This document shows positions 36,201 through 50,900 of a stretch of 64,000 bases of DNA, piece by piece. The notes beneath the pieces are model-generated. The model worked only from the letters and a program-made list of their open reading frames with translations. It was not told where the DNA came from and made no database searches. The translations under genes and the position numbers were made by a program. The DNA is from Styela clava. Lineage: Eukaryota. Location of the stretch: the NCBI RefSeq assembly GCF_964204865.1, contig NC_135264.1:9238001-9302000 (forward strand), read 5' to 3'. Numbering within the stretch: position 1 is the stretch's first letter; the number at the start of each line of letters is the position of its first letter.

Positions 36201-39200
36201 AGAATTTTGGACACATAACATTTCCGTTTATTACTTATCGATCTTAAGATCGGTAAGTATATTGATTTATTTTTTGCTTTTGCACTGGAGATTCTACAAA
36301 CAATTATCAAACATTCAGTGAATTAAACCCGTCAAATTTGTATAAATATTGTGGTATATGTAATACCACTCAAATATAGAATACAACTAAACCATTTCAA
36401 TCAATTCAAAATCAATGTGTAATGAAACACGATTTGAAAACAGAATAATTATAATGATCCGTAATTCCAATATTTGTAAATTTGTTCTGGCATCAACCGC
36501 CATCAAGTCGACGGAGGATCAATGAAGCGTGAAATAATTAATTGAACAACAATAATACGTCTATCATTGTGACATAACAATCGCCTTATCCTGAATAGTG
36601 TTGGCGCCTCTTGTCAGAAATCCCAATATTTTTTAATCGTATTTATTGTAGTTTTATCGAAAATCGACTGTCGGCCGTGGATAAACTGTATTTGGGAATC
36701 GTACTCATACATTATCCGAGCATGGTTGAGAAAAACATTTGTGACAGGTATCTTGTCGCCAGAATCAATTTTACGCGATTACACACGGTATTAATTAATA
36801 TTCTGTCACATTGTATTTGTTATTTTCATTCCCACGTGTATAAAATAAAAACTGTAACAAAATAGATTACATAAATCAAAGTATAAAGGCTGTCGGTTCA
36901 CGGTAAAATCTTCTTTGTTTAATCTAGGATTTTGAAAATTATCAATACCCAAATTGAGTCCTGTCAGATGTATGGATTTGAATTTTAAACAGAATGAAAT
37001 AGCCTTTTAAAATCAATCAATTCCCCGATCCGTATTTTATCAACACTGCATTTCAAGTACGAAATCGGTGCATTTTGAGAAAAATAATTTTTAGATTTCC
37101 TCAGACAAGCACTTTGTGCATTTTACCTGAAGTACATCCATTTATATTTTATAGAAAGTTTTTTCTATCTCGATACCATTCTGGTTTGGAAAATATCTTC
37201 TGCGGGAGACAAGTCGAATCGTCGAGCTATTATTTCACAAATATTCAAATCATATTTTCCCACAATTACACGGTAATTATATAAAGATTTTAAAAATAAC
37301 AACTTTCCCTCGATGTCTATTGTTAGCAATTAGCACTCGTTACAATAACAATCCGCTGTGCTAGGGCTCGATACCCAACAGGGAGAATAAAATATAGACG
37401 CGTAAAAATACAATAGCTTAAAGACATTGTGCATTGAATGCATAATTTGCACACAAGACTATTATCAAGATTTATGTATACATTTTCCTTGACATCCACA
37501 ATTGTTGACTACACGTCAGTATATATATTCGTTTTCACAAATAGGCTTCTTAATTCTAAGGTCTTGAAAACATTTACAAAGTTACTTCAAGCTTTAATAT
37601 TAAAGATTTCATGTTTGAAAACAAAATTTTAAATAGAGTATCACATTTGAATGAAAAGATTCAGACGCTTTTACATTTTTGCAAATTTAATTCTGTAAGT
37701 TTTCGTTTCAGCAAAGTCAGATTTACTTGGCAATCAAATTCTAAACTGAAGGCTGTAGCTAGCCATACATATTTTTGCTTTAGCATACGGTACTCTTCAT
37801 CCTACCTCTATATCGAAGACTCGAAACAGAAAAATCTGTAAGTGGCACATTACCCGAAATTATCAAATTATTTGCGAATGTTTCTTGTGGAAATTTCGCC
37901 ATTTTATTTTGAAAGCAATATCTAATACCACACAAAACAATGAAAATCGTAAATTGGAAGTGTGAAAAATGAAAGAGTTATAAAATAATTATGATCATAA
38001 ATTAATATTTACAAAATGCTCAATTTGTCAACAACGGTCACATGATCTCCCAATGAAATCACAATTTGTTTGCATCAGTATGTCATGCTTGGTCCAAACA
38101 CAAAAAATAGAATTTGAATAATCATATATGAAATTAATATCTTCCAAGCCTGGATGGATATTGTTGAAAACAGGTCTGAATTTTTATGGTTAATAGCTGG
38201 TGTACCGTGCTGAACTGATGATCATAAAAGAAAGCGCCGATCAGGCTGATTTAGAGGACGTTTTGATTGCTTTACGGTAGTTTTACGATTGCGATATGAA
38301 GGGAGTACAATCTGTTGGTTGTGAAAAAGTGTCAGAAACAAAATACCGCTTATGTTACGTCATAAAACCACAAATTAAATGATTCTTGCTTTGACAAAGG
38401 GACAATAAAAGTTTGTAGGGTGACAATCGGCCAATTCTATATGATATAATTATAAAGGATTTATGTATGGTTCATGTCTGATAAGTTGTAATTCCCTAGC
38501 ATAGCTTTGAGTCAATATTTTATTACAAAACGGTCTTTCAATTTTGTCACTTTGTTTAGAATATGTCATAATTGAATTGGTCGTAAATGACATACAAAAC
38601 AAATGACTTGGTTATAGCATTTGTGACATCATAATGATCATTAAAGAATTGACTGACTATGGAGTGTCCGAAGTGAATTTGATGTCTTGTGGGTGAGTAT
38701 GAGTCCGTTGAAAGTCAATCAGTGACAACAATTCAGCCGATGATTTAACTAAATATTATGTATTCTAGCATAAAAGATGTTTTTTTTACATATTTTCGAC
38801 AATCAAAGCTTTCAAAAGTAAAGGAGGTGCGTGTAAACTAAAATCTGAGGAGATGCTCGGAGCTGTCGAGAAACTTAACGAGTCAATATGATTAGTAAAA
38901 TAGCTAATTGTGGAAGAATGCTGCATGAGCTTATGATAACACTTCTATAACAGTATAAGTTCGGTTCGTATCAATGTATGCAAGTTTATTGGGACAAGAA
39001 TGGTATGTTTCGCAATAATTGTTTTTACTTTGTGCACGAAAAAAGCCGAGTTCAAAAATCCAAACTGTTAGAAAATTGTCAAAGCGTGGCACATTAATGC
39101 GACTACCATACTTGACTGAAACTTAACAAACACGAAGGCTCAAGTTCAAAGGTGAATATTCAAGGTCAAACGCAAACACTCAAGTACAAAAACGATATTG

Positions 39201-42200
39201 AGTATATGCTATGCCGAATCAAAAAAGAACTAGAAAATTATTCAAGGCCACTGGCTATTGAATTACGGGTGGCTCAGTATGAAACATGATGACGAATGTG
39301 ATTTTTCGCGCATATGTATTAGAAAAATATTTATTATTTCAATTATATTAAATATGACAGCTTATGACAATAAAACGTAATAAAACAAAGGCGAAAAAAT
39401 CTGTTTAGTTTGATCCCAAATGAAATCTATTCAAACTTTTTCGCGCGATATCTCAGTTTAACGGTACCACGCTGAGCGTTATGGTCTCACGGTAACAGCT
39501 TTAGTTATTTTTATACCTTTCGCTGCGCAGTCTGGTATCAAGAGATACAATAGGTTTTCGCAGTTCATGTTGGGATTGTTTTGAAAACATATCTCTCTCC
39601 CGTCTGGTAGAAATAATGTATTTTTTCGTGGATAGAATATTTTTCACGTCGAGTATCTCGCACAAAAACATCGATGTGACCACAGATGTATCATAATTTG
39701 AAGTTTACTTATGCTGTGTAAGTTATAAAATGTATATATATATGTTATGATATTCAACTGACTAGTTTTGATACTATTGGCTTTGGCAACTATCTATAAT
39801 AATATTAGGTAACGATATACGTAAATAGGACTGTTTAGTGTTTTTCGGATGTTTTCTGCTGCATCTTGTTGGAGAAACGATAATACTGAAAATGTCATTT
39901 TAATTTTTATGAAGCGCCATTAGTTTAAACAACTTACTGCGTACAAAGTTTCGTTCAGTTGATATGTATGAAGATACTTTTTCTGAGAGGGTTGAAATAC
40001 GTCCGGTTTTGGCGGATGATAATTGGGTAGATAGACGGGTATGTGTTTTGAATATAGATGTTTGTTTTCAAATACGTCAGTTTTGTACTTTTAAAGTGTA
40101 TTTGTCTAAATGGACGATTAGAACTGATTTTGAATGATACAGATTTAAGCAATCTTCCATATTAAAATTCGTTCCTAACTATGATGATAACTATGCGCTA
40201 CACTCAGCTACAGGCTATAAAAAAGCATTTTGTAAATACGAGGAGGTTCAATTCTTTTTGGAGATTTTTGACACATAAAGATCCATCGCATATGAAACAG
40301 TTTGTCAATTTATTTTAGTACTACCCGTTTTGTATTTGTTTTGATTCTGTAATCATATAAAGTTTATTGAAACAAATTTGTTAAATCATAACTTTATATT
40401 GCATTATTGGGAAATGTGTGAATATACGTTCGCAGCATCGCCATTGATGAAAAATATCGGATATAAAACATCTAAAATTTTAGTTTTTAAGATTTATTTT
40501 TGACTTTAATATTTAACAACATATGTTTGTGTGTATACTATACATTTACACGTTATTGTGGGCGAGCCGTAATTATTTTTTACCTGAAATTCTAAATGCT
40601 TCACTGCACGGTCAACTATATGACGTTTGTTCATAATTTTGTGGGCTACATTTATAAGGACAAAAAATTAGTCATTATTTTAAATATATTTTTAAATATT
40701 TTTCAAACTTGGCAGGCAGAATAACAATTTAATAGAGAGTTATGAATATGCTTACGTAAAAATATCATTCTTGTCACAGAATTTTCCCAATTATTGGCAA
40801 AAATACATTATTTTATGTAAACACGAACAACCACGTGAAGACCATTTCCTTCAATACGTAGGCCGACTTTGATACTGTTTACTTAATTGTTTAATTTGGT
40901 AATTAATCCCCAAAAGAGCGTAAAATATTGGCCTCCGCTTACGCAAAAGCAGTATTTTTAGGCTTAACATAATACGCTTGAACTATGCCTTAATTTGCCT
41001 AGTTATTTCATAATTATACATGAAGATGCGTAACTAGGTAAATTAAATAATTCAATCAACTTCGGAATATGCCAGTTTGGGCAATAATAGCTAGAAAATC
41101 TATCATAAAATTAGTTATAATTATCAATTTTATTTGAGGTTAAGAATGACACAAATCAAATACGGTAAGTACTTCTTTATTTAAGCGGGAAACGGCTTTT
41201 AGTTTGCGGTAAAAATGTTGAAGGTCATCCGACGTCTGCGTCATGCCGGTGTCCGCCATTTTGTAAACAGAAACATCGAAATTTTCACTTCATCTCGGAT
41301 TCTAGGAAATATATTGAAAAACAAAAGAAATAGATTCATCCGATTGGTTCAAGAATCATATTTAGTAAATATTTTATTAAGACTGGTTGCTAAAATACGA
41401 TCGAATTTGAATTGTTAATTTTGTAAGAGTAACACATGACAATAATTAATTTACAAAATACTTTCATTGTTAGGTAACAAGCGGGGCGAATTTTATTAGT
41501 ATGAGCGAACAATCACATTTAACCAAATTATAGCGTGTCACTTTCCAATCTAAATGAGCATTAATTTTTCCATTGTTACATCTTCAATGGCGTAATTGTC
41601 ATCGCTAAATGATAAGAAGACGCGATTAGGGAAAGCATGTCATTGGTGACTTTCGTTTATACTCGATTTAAGCATGATCCGAAAATTCATTGTTTCTTTA
41701 ATACACATTTCATCTAGCTTTTAAACCATGATTGAGGATAATATAACATAAGGAAGATTTTCACAAAATATCATGGATTATTTGAATAGGGTTAAATCCG
41801 TTTTATACCCGTATCGTTTTATTGTCCGTGTGGGATTAAATTTAATACGTTTTCCGCATAGAATTGAATAAATATTGATGTTACTGCCATATATTGATGG
41901 TTCAAGAAGATATTCGGTCGGGGTTTAACCTTAATTTCAACAGCTTTTATTTTTTAAAGGTCAAATATGCGGAAGCGGAAATAAATCTTACAATAAGATA
42001 AAAACTTATAGCTGGGATATTAATAAATATGTGAATATATTTAGGATTATAGAATATTCGAAGAAAGACTAATAAAAAGGTTTTAGAGCAAATAATACCA
42101 GCGAAAACCACAAATTTTGAAATTTACATCACAAAATTAGTTTATGTTCAAGTTGTCGTATTTCCATTGCTTTTAAACGAACTCTTTGTCGTAATTAGCA

Positions 42201-43370
42201 CATATAGTCGCCGCCATTGTTACCACAAAGCTGAAAGTGACAAGAATATAATTATAGGTATCACGTATGTTAACTATGTTTGATTAGCATAATCCCCACT
42301 TTAAATCTTACAATATTTCCTAGTTATCAAACGCCGATTGGAAAGATCTGCATTTAAAAATTGAATAACGTCGTTAATAAATTGAGTAAAATTGAACGAA
42401 AATTTGGAAATATTTTAATAAAATACGATATAGATTTGAAATTTTAAAATAAAACTCACAAAATTAAGATCGTGTTTAAAAGTATTTCATCTTTATATCA
42501 TATTTCAAAGTATTCCAGAGGTAAAATTTTGTTATAGCAAATTTGACTTGTGTAGTGTGAATAGGACGTGATAGCAAACCCCCGTTGCGGTGCCCGCGGC
42601 GCGTTGTCGGCTCACGGTGGCAAAACTACATTCCCATTAGTTGGAAATTATCCCATTTCATAGAATTAACCATCGCTCGTGCGAAGGATAATAGACAATG
42701 AAAAAAAGAAAGGATCTGCGAGAGAGCGATGGATCTCTATCGTCCGAGATAATAAATATAATATAGCGACAACAATCGAAATGACAGTCATATTAGTTAA
42801 TGATAGCCTAGCGATCGGACAATGATATTACTAGTCAATTGCTAATTGAAATTTCCGAAATGTTTCAATAAGGGCTATATGGCAGCATGTTTATTTAAAC
42901 TTTTCAGTGTCATTTTAGTTGAGAATTATTAATAATATTTTTTGTGTTAGTTTGCTCAAAACAGTATCGCAAATACTCAGAAAAAAAGTAGATTGAATAT
43001 CGATGGAAGTTTCCAGCGAACATAGAAGTGCTAACAGATAGATGTAGATTTCTTCATGTAGATGTCGGTAGACATCGTTTGACATGGAAATAGAAGCACC
43101 GGACATATAAATTTCTAGTTTTTGAGATTTTAAACAAATGTAGGGAAAAGTTATTCAAAACAGAAACAGAAAAATAATCTCAAAATCCGGCTTTCGAGGT
43201 TTGCAAAAAGCATAGAAATTTTTTGAATAGCAAGGATTCAATTTGTATCTACCTATTTAAAATTATTCGTACTTATCTCTAATATAATATATATTTTTTG
43301 TTATTTCAGCAGATATTCGTATATTATAATATTCAAATATTAACGACAAATAAAGAAAAAATATATCACA

Positions 43371-44990
43371 ATGCCACGACCAGTTCGAGAAACGTATGGC
43401 GATCAGAAACCTCCTTATTCGTACATAGCTTTGACAGCAATGGCGATTCAATCTTCTCCTGATAAAATGATGAGCCTATCTGAGATATATAAATACATTA
43501 TGGAAAGATTCCCGTTTTATCGAAAGAACACTCAGCGATGGCAGAATTCGCTTCGACACAATTTATCTTTCAATGATTGTTTTATGAAAGTACCACGGCG
43601 ATCGGACAGACCAGGAAAAGGAAGTCTGTGGACCCTGCACCCTACTTGTGGACACATGTTTGAAAACGGCAGTTTTTTGAGACGTAGAAAACGATTCAAA
43701 GCTTTGTCCTCTGAAAGTGACGAACCATCTCTAAACAACACCGAAGAGTCGCCGTTTGTACAACGCCATCGTCCGCAACCTTATCCAATGACAAAAAGCA
43801 TGGATTTACCTAAAATGGTACCCATGGATTCGCCAAAGTTCCAGCCGCGACCAAATCCGGCTCCATCCCATATCGCCGCTTTGATGCAACACCATTATAT
43901 GCAAGCTAATACTCCTATGACCCCACCTGGACTAAAAAGCGGTGTTCCCATTTTACCGCATGGAATTGGAATGCCAAGTCCACATGCCTTTGCTGCCGCT
44001 GCCTATTTTCGTAAAGCTATTGCAGAATACCAAGCCGCCATTGCATCATCGGTTATTGCCCAACAAAGTCAAATACTATCACCATCTTCAAGATCTCCAA
44101 CAATGCCGATGGCTCAAGCCTCGCCTTCGTTGATGGCATTTCCTCACCTGAACGCTCTCAGCTCATTGGCCCAGGCATCTAGACTCGGGTTAGTCTCAAA
44201 TCAGCAAAAAAGGCATTCAAGCGAAGTATCTGAGGAAAATGAAATTTCACCTCCAAAACCAAAAAGCAGCAAAGTCTCTTTTTCGATCGATAATATTATG
44301 AGAGGAACGTTTTCAAAAGACACTGAATCAGACAAAGAGAAGACAGAAAAATCATTTGATGAACCGAACTCAAATTCAACAGCGATTTTTAGGCCGAAAG
44401 AACAACATTCTCCAAATGTGCCAAGATCCAGTTACGATACAGAACACAGACATTCACCAGAACCGCTAACAAAGACACCAACTGAGTTTGTGGAGTCTAA
44501 CAAAACACGTCATTTTAATACGTCATCACCAACGTCACAATTACGAGTAAAACACGAACGACCGGACGATTCATCATTCGAAGACATCAATTCAAATTCC
44601 CCGACTACCTCGAACACGGAAGAAAGCGAAGAACAAGTAAACGCGCTGAGAAATTTGTACCGTTACGCAGCCCGTGCATGTGGGAAACTACAGAATACCG
44701 GATTTGAGTTCCCAACCCCTCTAAATTTTTCATCGCCTATTTCAAAAGTTCAGGAACCTTCCGAATCCAGTACATCGACGCGTTCGCCTACATCACAGAG
44801 TATAACATCATGCAGCGACCAATATTCACCAATATCAAACCGATATTCTCCAGGCGAAAGTAGTCCCGATGAAAATGAACCAAAGAGCCGGAAAGAAGAG
44901 GCCTTTATTCCGAGAAAAACAATCTCGATGCCCGAAAGCTCAATTTTCCAATCGACTAGTTCACCCGTTTCATCAATGATGTATGCTTAG
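43371..44990 (+). CDS. FoxB: Forkhead box B transcription factor, single-exon CDS, 539 aa
   Basis: FoxB-type N-terminus [25 protein letters not shown], forkhead domain to [14 protein letters not shown], and eh1 motif FSIDNIM (44280-44300). Confidence 0.95.
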   Translation: MPRPVRETYGDQKPPYSYIALTAMAIQSSPDKMMSLSEIYKYIMERFPFYRKNTQRWQNSLRHNLSFNDCFMKVPRRSDRPGKGSLWTLHPTCGHMFENGSFLRRRKRFKALSSESDEPSLNNTEESPFVQRHRPQPYPMTKSMDLPKMVPMDSPKFQPRPNPAPSHIAALMQHHYMQANTPMTPPGLKSGVPILPHGIGMPSPHAFAAAAYFRKAIAEYQAAIASSVIAQQSQILSPSSRSPTMPMAQASPSLMAFPHLNALSSLAQASRLGLVSNQQKRHSSEVSEENEISPPKPKSSKVSFSIDNIMRGTFSKDTESDKEKTEKSFDEPNSNSTAIFRPKEQHSPNVPRSSYDTEHRHSPEPLTKTPTEFVESNKTRHFNTSSPTSQLRVKHERPDDSSFEDINSNSPTTSNTEESEEQVNALRNLYRYAARACGKLQNTGFEFPTPLNFSSPISKVQEPSESSTSTRSPTSQSITSCSDQYSPISNRYSPGESSPDENEPKSRKEEAFIPRKTISMPESSIFQSTSSPVSSMMYA

Positions 44991-47900
44991 TAGAAAAATA
45001 ACGATAATACTCAGCAACTGCGTATTCGTAATCTATTTACATAAAATTTAAAGCACGTCTAAATATTTGTGAATTACGTGCTGATTTTTTCATATTATTG
45101 CTTTATTTATTAAAATACTTCTCGCAATATTTGGAGCAAGATGATTTTGTAACTACATTACAATAAATCTTTGTACAATGGAAATATTTCCAATATTTAC
45201 TGAAAATCTTCTCACCATAGCTGTATTACAAATACTGTCATTTTCAAGTAAAACCATTTTTTTCGTTTAATTTCCTTTTAATAAAAATAAATAAGCAAAT
45301 ATATGTAGCTTCTAATGAAAAAAATTGATTAGAGATGAGATAATTGATGTAACTTAGGACCTATTTAAACAGAGGTTTGGAAAAATTGTAAATTAGCAAG
45401 TGATAGATGGTTCACGGCGGTATGTCTATATTCAAAATAAACAGAATTTAAACATAGCGATTGGTTGCTATTAGTCTTATTCGTGGTAAAACATGCACAG
45501 TTGGTATGAAGGATAAAGACCTACTACAATATTTGTCTCCCAACTGTGCAGTTTATATGGGCATGTTAGCCTGTTTAAATATATGTACTAGGGCGGAAAA
45601 CTCAAAATTAGGTGTTGTAAATGTACTAAAAGGTAGAATACAATAGATCACAGAATCGAGATTTGTTTTTGAATTACAAACAATAACTGGCCTCTGTCAG
45701 AAACATTAAATCCATGAAATTATTCAATCGATTCGGTTTTGTTTAGTTTATTAGAAGCACTTTATTCCTTGATTTACGGCTGACTCGAAATCATAGAAAA
45801 ATGTTCCAATATTAAATACAAAAGCGTTGATTCGTAATAAAAAGCCTAATGTTTATTATCATTATTCTAACTAACAACAGAGATTATAAAGAAATGTACA
45901 TTATTACGTCAGTACTATAAATTACCTTTCGGTATAATGTTTAAGGACACACCTGTCAAGGTGACCAATAAGATCATCAGGAAATAAATATAATCTTTAT
46001 ATACAAAACAACTTAATGTATCGGAATTAAAGTTTATGTCTGTATATATACCATATATTACTATTTGATCTGTAACAAAACAAAAAAATATCAGAAGTTT
46101 TACTGTAAATATTTACTATAATATGATATGAAATCTTGGTAAAGACATCGCCCAAAATACAGTTTTTCTTGCTGAAGTTACAGATTGAATACATTTAAAG
46201 TCATGAAAATAAATTTCTGACTACAGCTTTTATTTCAATAATGACATCTAGATAGATCAAAATAAAAAAGTCAACACAAAAATACTGGTCATAAAGGGTT
46301 TTGGAAAAACACAAATTCAAATTACTAAGGCTCATTTATAGCACCAAGTTCTTGCCCGGAATTTTGAAAATTACTATCAATAATTGAGAAATTCGCTATA
46401 TATATCTAGCGGACGAACCCAAGCTCCAATATGATTACGAAAGAAAAAGAAATTGTTAGTTCTGTGTATTTTTTTTTTTCTAAATATCTTATAATAAAAA
46501 TAGGAAAAGTATGTCAGACTATTCGTTGCCAATTACAAGGCAGCAAACATTTGAACGAATCCGATTAAACGCTTCCCAATTCCTAATCATGAAATTCAAG
46601 ACATGGAGTTCGATACTTGCTATGGTGTATTGTGAATTCAATGTATCAAAACCCACGAATGTATTGTTCTTGTTTACAAAACACGATCTAAGGTATGAAG
46701 TTTCGCAAACATCAGGTAGATATAACTTGGGGTTCGTCGCGCATGACTGATTAACAAAGCTGGAGTTCAAGGGTCATAATAAACGGAAATAATGATAAAA
46801 GTGATGCGACAAAGATCATGCAAAATAAAACTAAAGTATAGAAAATTGTAGCACTATTGTAACTTGTATGCTACTGACTGAAGTTGCCCAGACTCTTGCT
46901 AAAAATTACATCAAATTGTTTTGTTGCACCATAATTAATTATGGATATTTCTAAATATTAAGCATATTTCAATATTGAATCTGTATAACATTTTGTTATG
47001 TTAATACCGGTTTGTGCAAATCGATGTCTCGAGTGCTGAACTCAAACTGAACTAGCACTGATAGAAGAATTACAATCAAGCAGTGTACACTAAATTTATC
47101 TTTGCAAAAAAAATATTAGGAGATGGTGGTTGACACGAAACTTGAAAATTCTAAGGTAATACTACCAGAGAAAACAGCAAGGGAAGGAATTTCACGTTTA
47201 GTAATTAATAATTATTTACAATATTAACTGGATAATTTATTTCAAGTACAATAAATAATGATTCATGTATAATAGCAATATAATTTGTGTCAAAACGAAA
47301 GGTAATGTTTTTTGATTTGAATTTATTTTTTATATTTACCGAGACATTATAATATATGGCAGTCTTGGCATACCATATACATATACTTTCAACAACAACA
47401 TCTTCGTGATATCCGCTTTCATATACTGTCTGTTTACGCTACTTTGACTGTCAGAGACAATTTGGATTCGTGCGAGAGTGACATAGGTTGTTGACCTCAG
47501 TGGGAAACATAAACTGATACCGATGTGTACAGAGGATGTTTTATTCACCCAACCTGTTGCCCTTTGCTCCTGTATAATATACGAATCAACTTCATCATCA
47601 AAAAATAATTTATGTTAAAAAAAAGCGCGAGCATGAATACATATTGATGATACTAGTTGAGAATCTTTTTGCAATCACATATTGAGCAAAATAGTGTAGT
47701 GGTTAAATACTTTACCACCTTTTGATGGAAAAGTTCCTTTATAATTAGAGATTATGGGATTTCTCTCAACATTTTAGTCAATCATCTATTGGCGAATTCA
47801 AGTCTTTATCTACTATTACAAATAATTTTTTACGAATGCAATTATTTTACGGTTGATTCAAGACAGCTTAATTTTTAAACTTGACGGTATAATCCAATTC

Positions 47901-50900
47901 TTGTACCAAGGCTATCAACTATTTTCTCACCAAAATAAACATTTCTAATATTTAATAGGAATGATTTCATTAACCTGTAATAAAGTCAGTTTCCCCAAAT
48001 GTTAGATGTTTTTTGAGTAGTGATAGAACAACATCGGAATAATAGAACATTAATAATAAACAAAAAAATTGTTTTTATTTATTATTTGTCAATTAAGATT
48101 TATTGTGTTGCAACTAGGGTTTTATCTTTTAATTAACCTTGAGGATATTGCTAAAATAGTCAATATACCATAATACGATGTATGAAAGTAAAAGTGCTAT
48201 TCTCATGTTGCAAATTCACGTTTTCAATTCTTTTTCTCCACAAAAGAATGTTATTGACATGAAAGCCCATAGATTGACCTTTTCATAACTAAGAGATCAT
48301 ATAGAACGGCAGCACCTTTGTGGTTTTCCGTTTTAAAAGGATCATCAAATATTTTGCTTCACTATTTGTAAAGTAGAGTTTTATTAAGAAAACATGTTGT
48401 CGGGAATAATCACATCCTTAAATAGTATCAATAAAAAAATGTTTTATCTAAAAAAAGCTGATAACTTTAGTTTATTTTTCTCTTTGATTTGTGGAGTTTA
48501 TGCGGTTGCACAGCAGTGTTTATGCGGATATTCATACCTAATGGTTTACATCCGATATCCGCATTCTTGATATTTTAAAGTGTCAAGTGAAAACAACATC
48601 GAACGAGAGGAGAAAGTTGTTTCAATTTTTATTTTTTGCTCACATTCATTCACATTTTTTTCACATTCACAATTTTTATTCTATCTTTTGGTTCATAAAT
48701 TCCATGATTTTTACAAAGAAAAAAGGAATTGATCAAGTTGAAAAAAATATTTTGTAGTTTGATTTCATAAACTAGTTTCAATGCCATAAAATGAAACAGT
48801 CATTAAGGCCTCTCGCCATCTCTATCAAAGACTAACTGAAGATTCGTTGGTACTGAAAGTACGACGTAGTTCTAATATCATGTTGAAAAGAAAGCACACA
48901 GACAAATTGAAATTTGAAACTTGAGCATATGCCTTGCATATATCCATAAACAAATATATGACGATTAGGTTTCATTATAAAATACATATTATAAAAATAA
49001 ATTGCTCGTCCTAAGAACAAGATTCCATGGTCAATCAACATTTTGGCGACCGTTTTTTATAAGACGTTTTCTATCTTCACTTAAAATAAAGCTCCGCTGA
49101 TGCATGAGAAATTTTGTGGTGATCGGAATATCATTTAAGATTTTAGTTATTGTGCTCAGGTATATATTTAGCATAAAAGAGGCGAAGTATCAAAATGTTG
49201 TTACATATTTAATTTGTTAACAAAGGATATGGAAAAATAGATGATTTAGTTATAATCATAATTATTTTGATAGCATGGCATCTAATATATTGTAAGGCAT
49301 TATGAGTTTTATTTTATTTTTTTGTTTATGAAAAATATGAGAAAATCTACGCAACATTAGTTCATTTCCATAATAATGTGCTCGACACTCAAACAAAAAC
49401 ATCAATATAAAGCAATATTTTTTAAAAAACGATCCCGTTCCGAAACGTGCGAACTGGCTCCCTGTAGAGTAATCGATCTGATCTTTGCCGCCATATTTAA
49501 ATAAGAATTGGCATTATATGCGAAACTAATAGACCACACAGGCAGGGGTTAAACAATCATTGACTCAAATTTGAATGTGAATACACGTTTCTTCTGAGCA
49601 ATAAGACCAAGCTGATAAATTTGATTAGAAGAGAAACGTTATGATAATCGTTTACTAGAATTAAATCATAACGTTGTAATTTGTAAGTCATAGGGGTGTA
49701 TCGAACCTGCAAATTTGGACATTGTCAGGCGCTGGGCTTAATTCGTACTTAGGTTTGGGTAATGACAAAATGGGGTTGAAAATCCGGAAGTATCTAACAC
49801 TGAATTACTTTTTAAGTATTCCCGTAGTATGTGTACCTGGTTAGGCCAGCATTTTATTTCGATTTTAGTTCTATTACGAGTTCGGGGACTGTCTGTGTTA
49901 GCCAAGTGAATATACCCCCCACTCAAAGGCTTCCGTTCTTTTTTCACAACTTGATGTAAAGTAGGCGAACAAAATTAGTTACCTCCATATTGGTACACAC
50001 ACTTCTGGAGCGCTCATTTTATTGCATAAAGGTAATTTTCATGATTAGAAGTGATAATCATCTTCAAGCGTGGAATAAAATCATATTTTGTAAAAAAAAT
50101 AAAATGTTGGGGCTAGGTGTCCTCTTGGCCAAAGTTTAAAAAAAAAACGAAATATTCAGAACAAAACTATACTAGAATGCACAGCAATTAACATGAAGTT
50201 TATGTGGAAAAATTTCAATGTAAAAAAATTATCTGCATATCTATCTATACAGACTTTATAAAACGTTCCTCGTTGGGATTGGGTCCGAGGCGAATTATGT
50301 AGGCTGCTTTCGATTTTTAGTCCTAGTCTTATAATAAGAACTTTTTGTAGAAAAGCTAAGTAAGTTACTATTATATACCAAATAATGCGACTGCTTTCTA
50401 TCGATATGGAACTGTTTAAAGTCCATTAGACAATTTTATTTTGAAGGCAGATTCACAAGCGAATCCTGCGGAGATAATCGACTTAAGTTAATTTAACGTA
50501 AGTATTCATAACCTCACACGATTCAGCTATATGCTATCGTGTGTGGTATAAATAAATCTATTATTATTCTATATTGATTCTTTAATACAACCAAATATTT
50601 GAAGAAGAACAGAACAAAGCGACCTCAAATCAGCATGAGGTGGAAATAATGTTGGCTCTGATGTTTCGAGACTACAAATATGAAAAAAATACTGTATATC
50701 ACAATAATAAATCGTTTCAATAACTCAATGTATATATATATATATATATGAAAAAATAGTTATAAATGTAACATTCAGGAAGTCTTGTAGACACTAAATT
50801 CGGTCGGAATTCGAAAATGCAAGATTGAACAGAACCGAAAATATTGTTTAATTAATGCTTTGAATCAGACACAACGCATAAACAATCAGATTACATTTGG

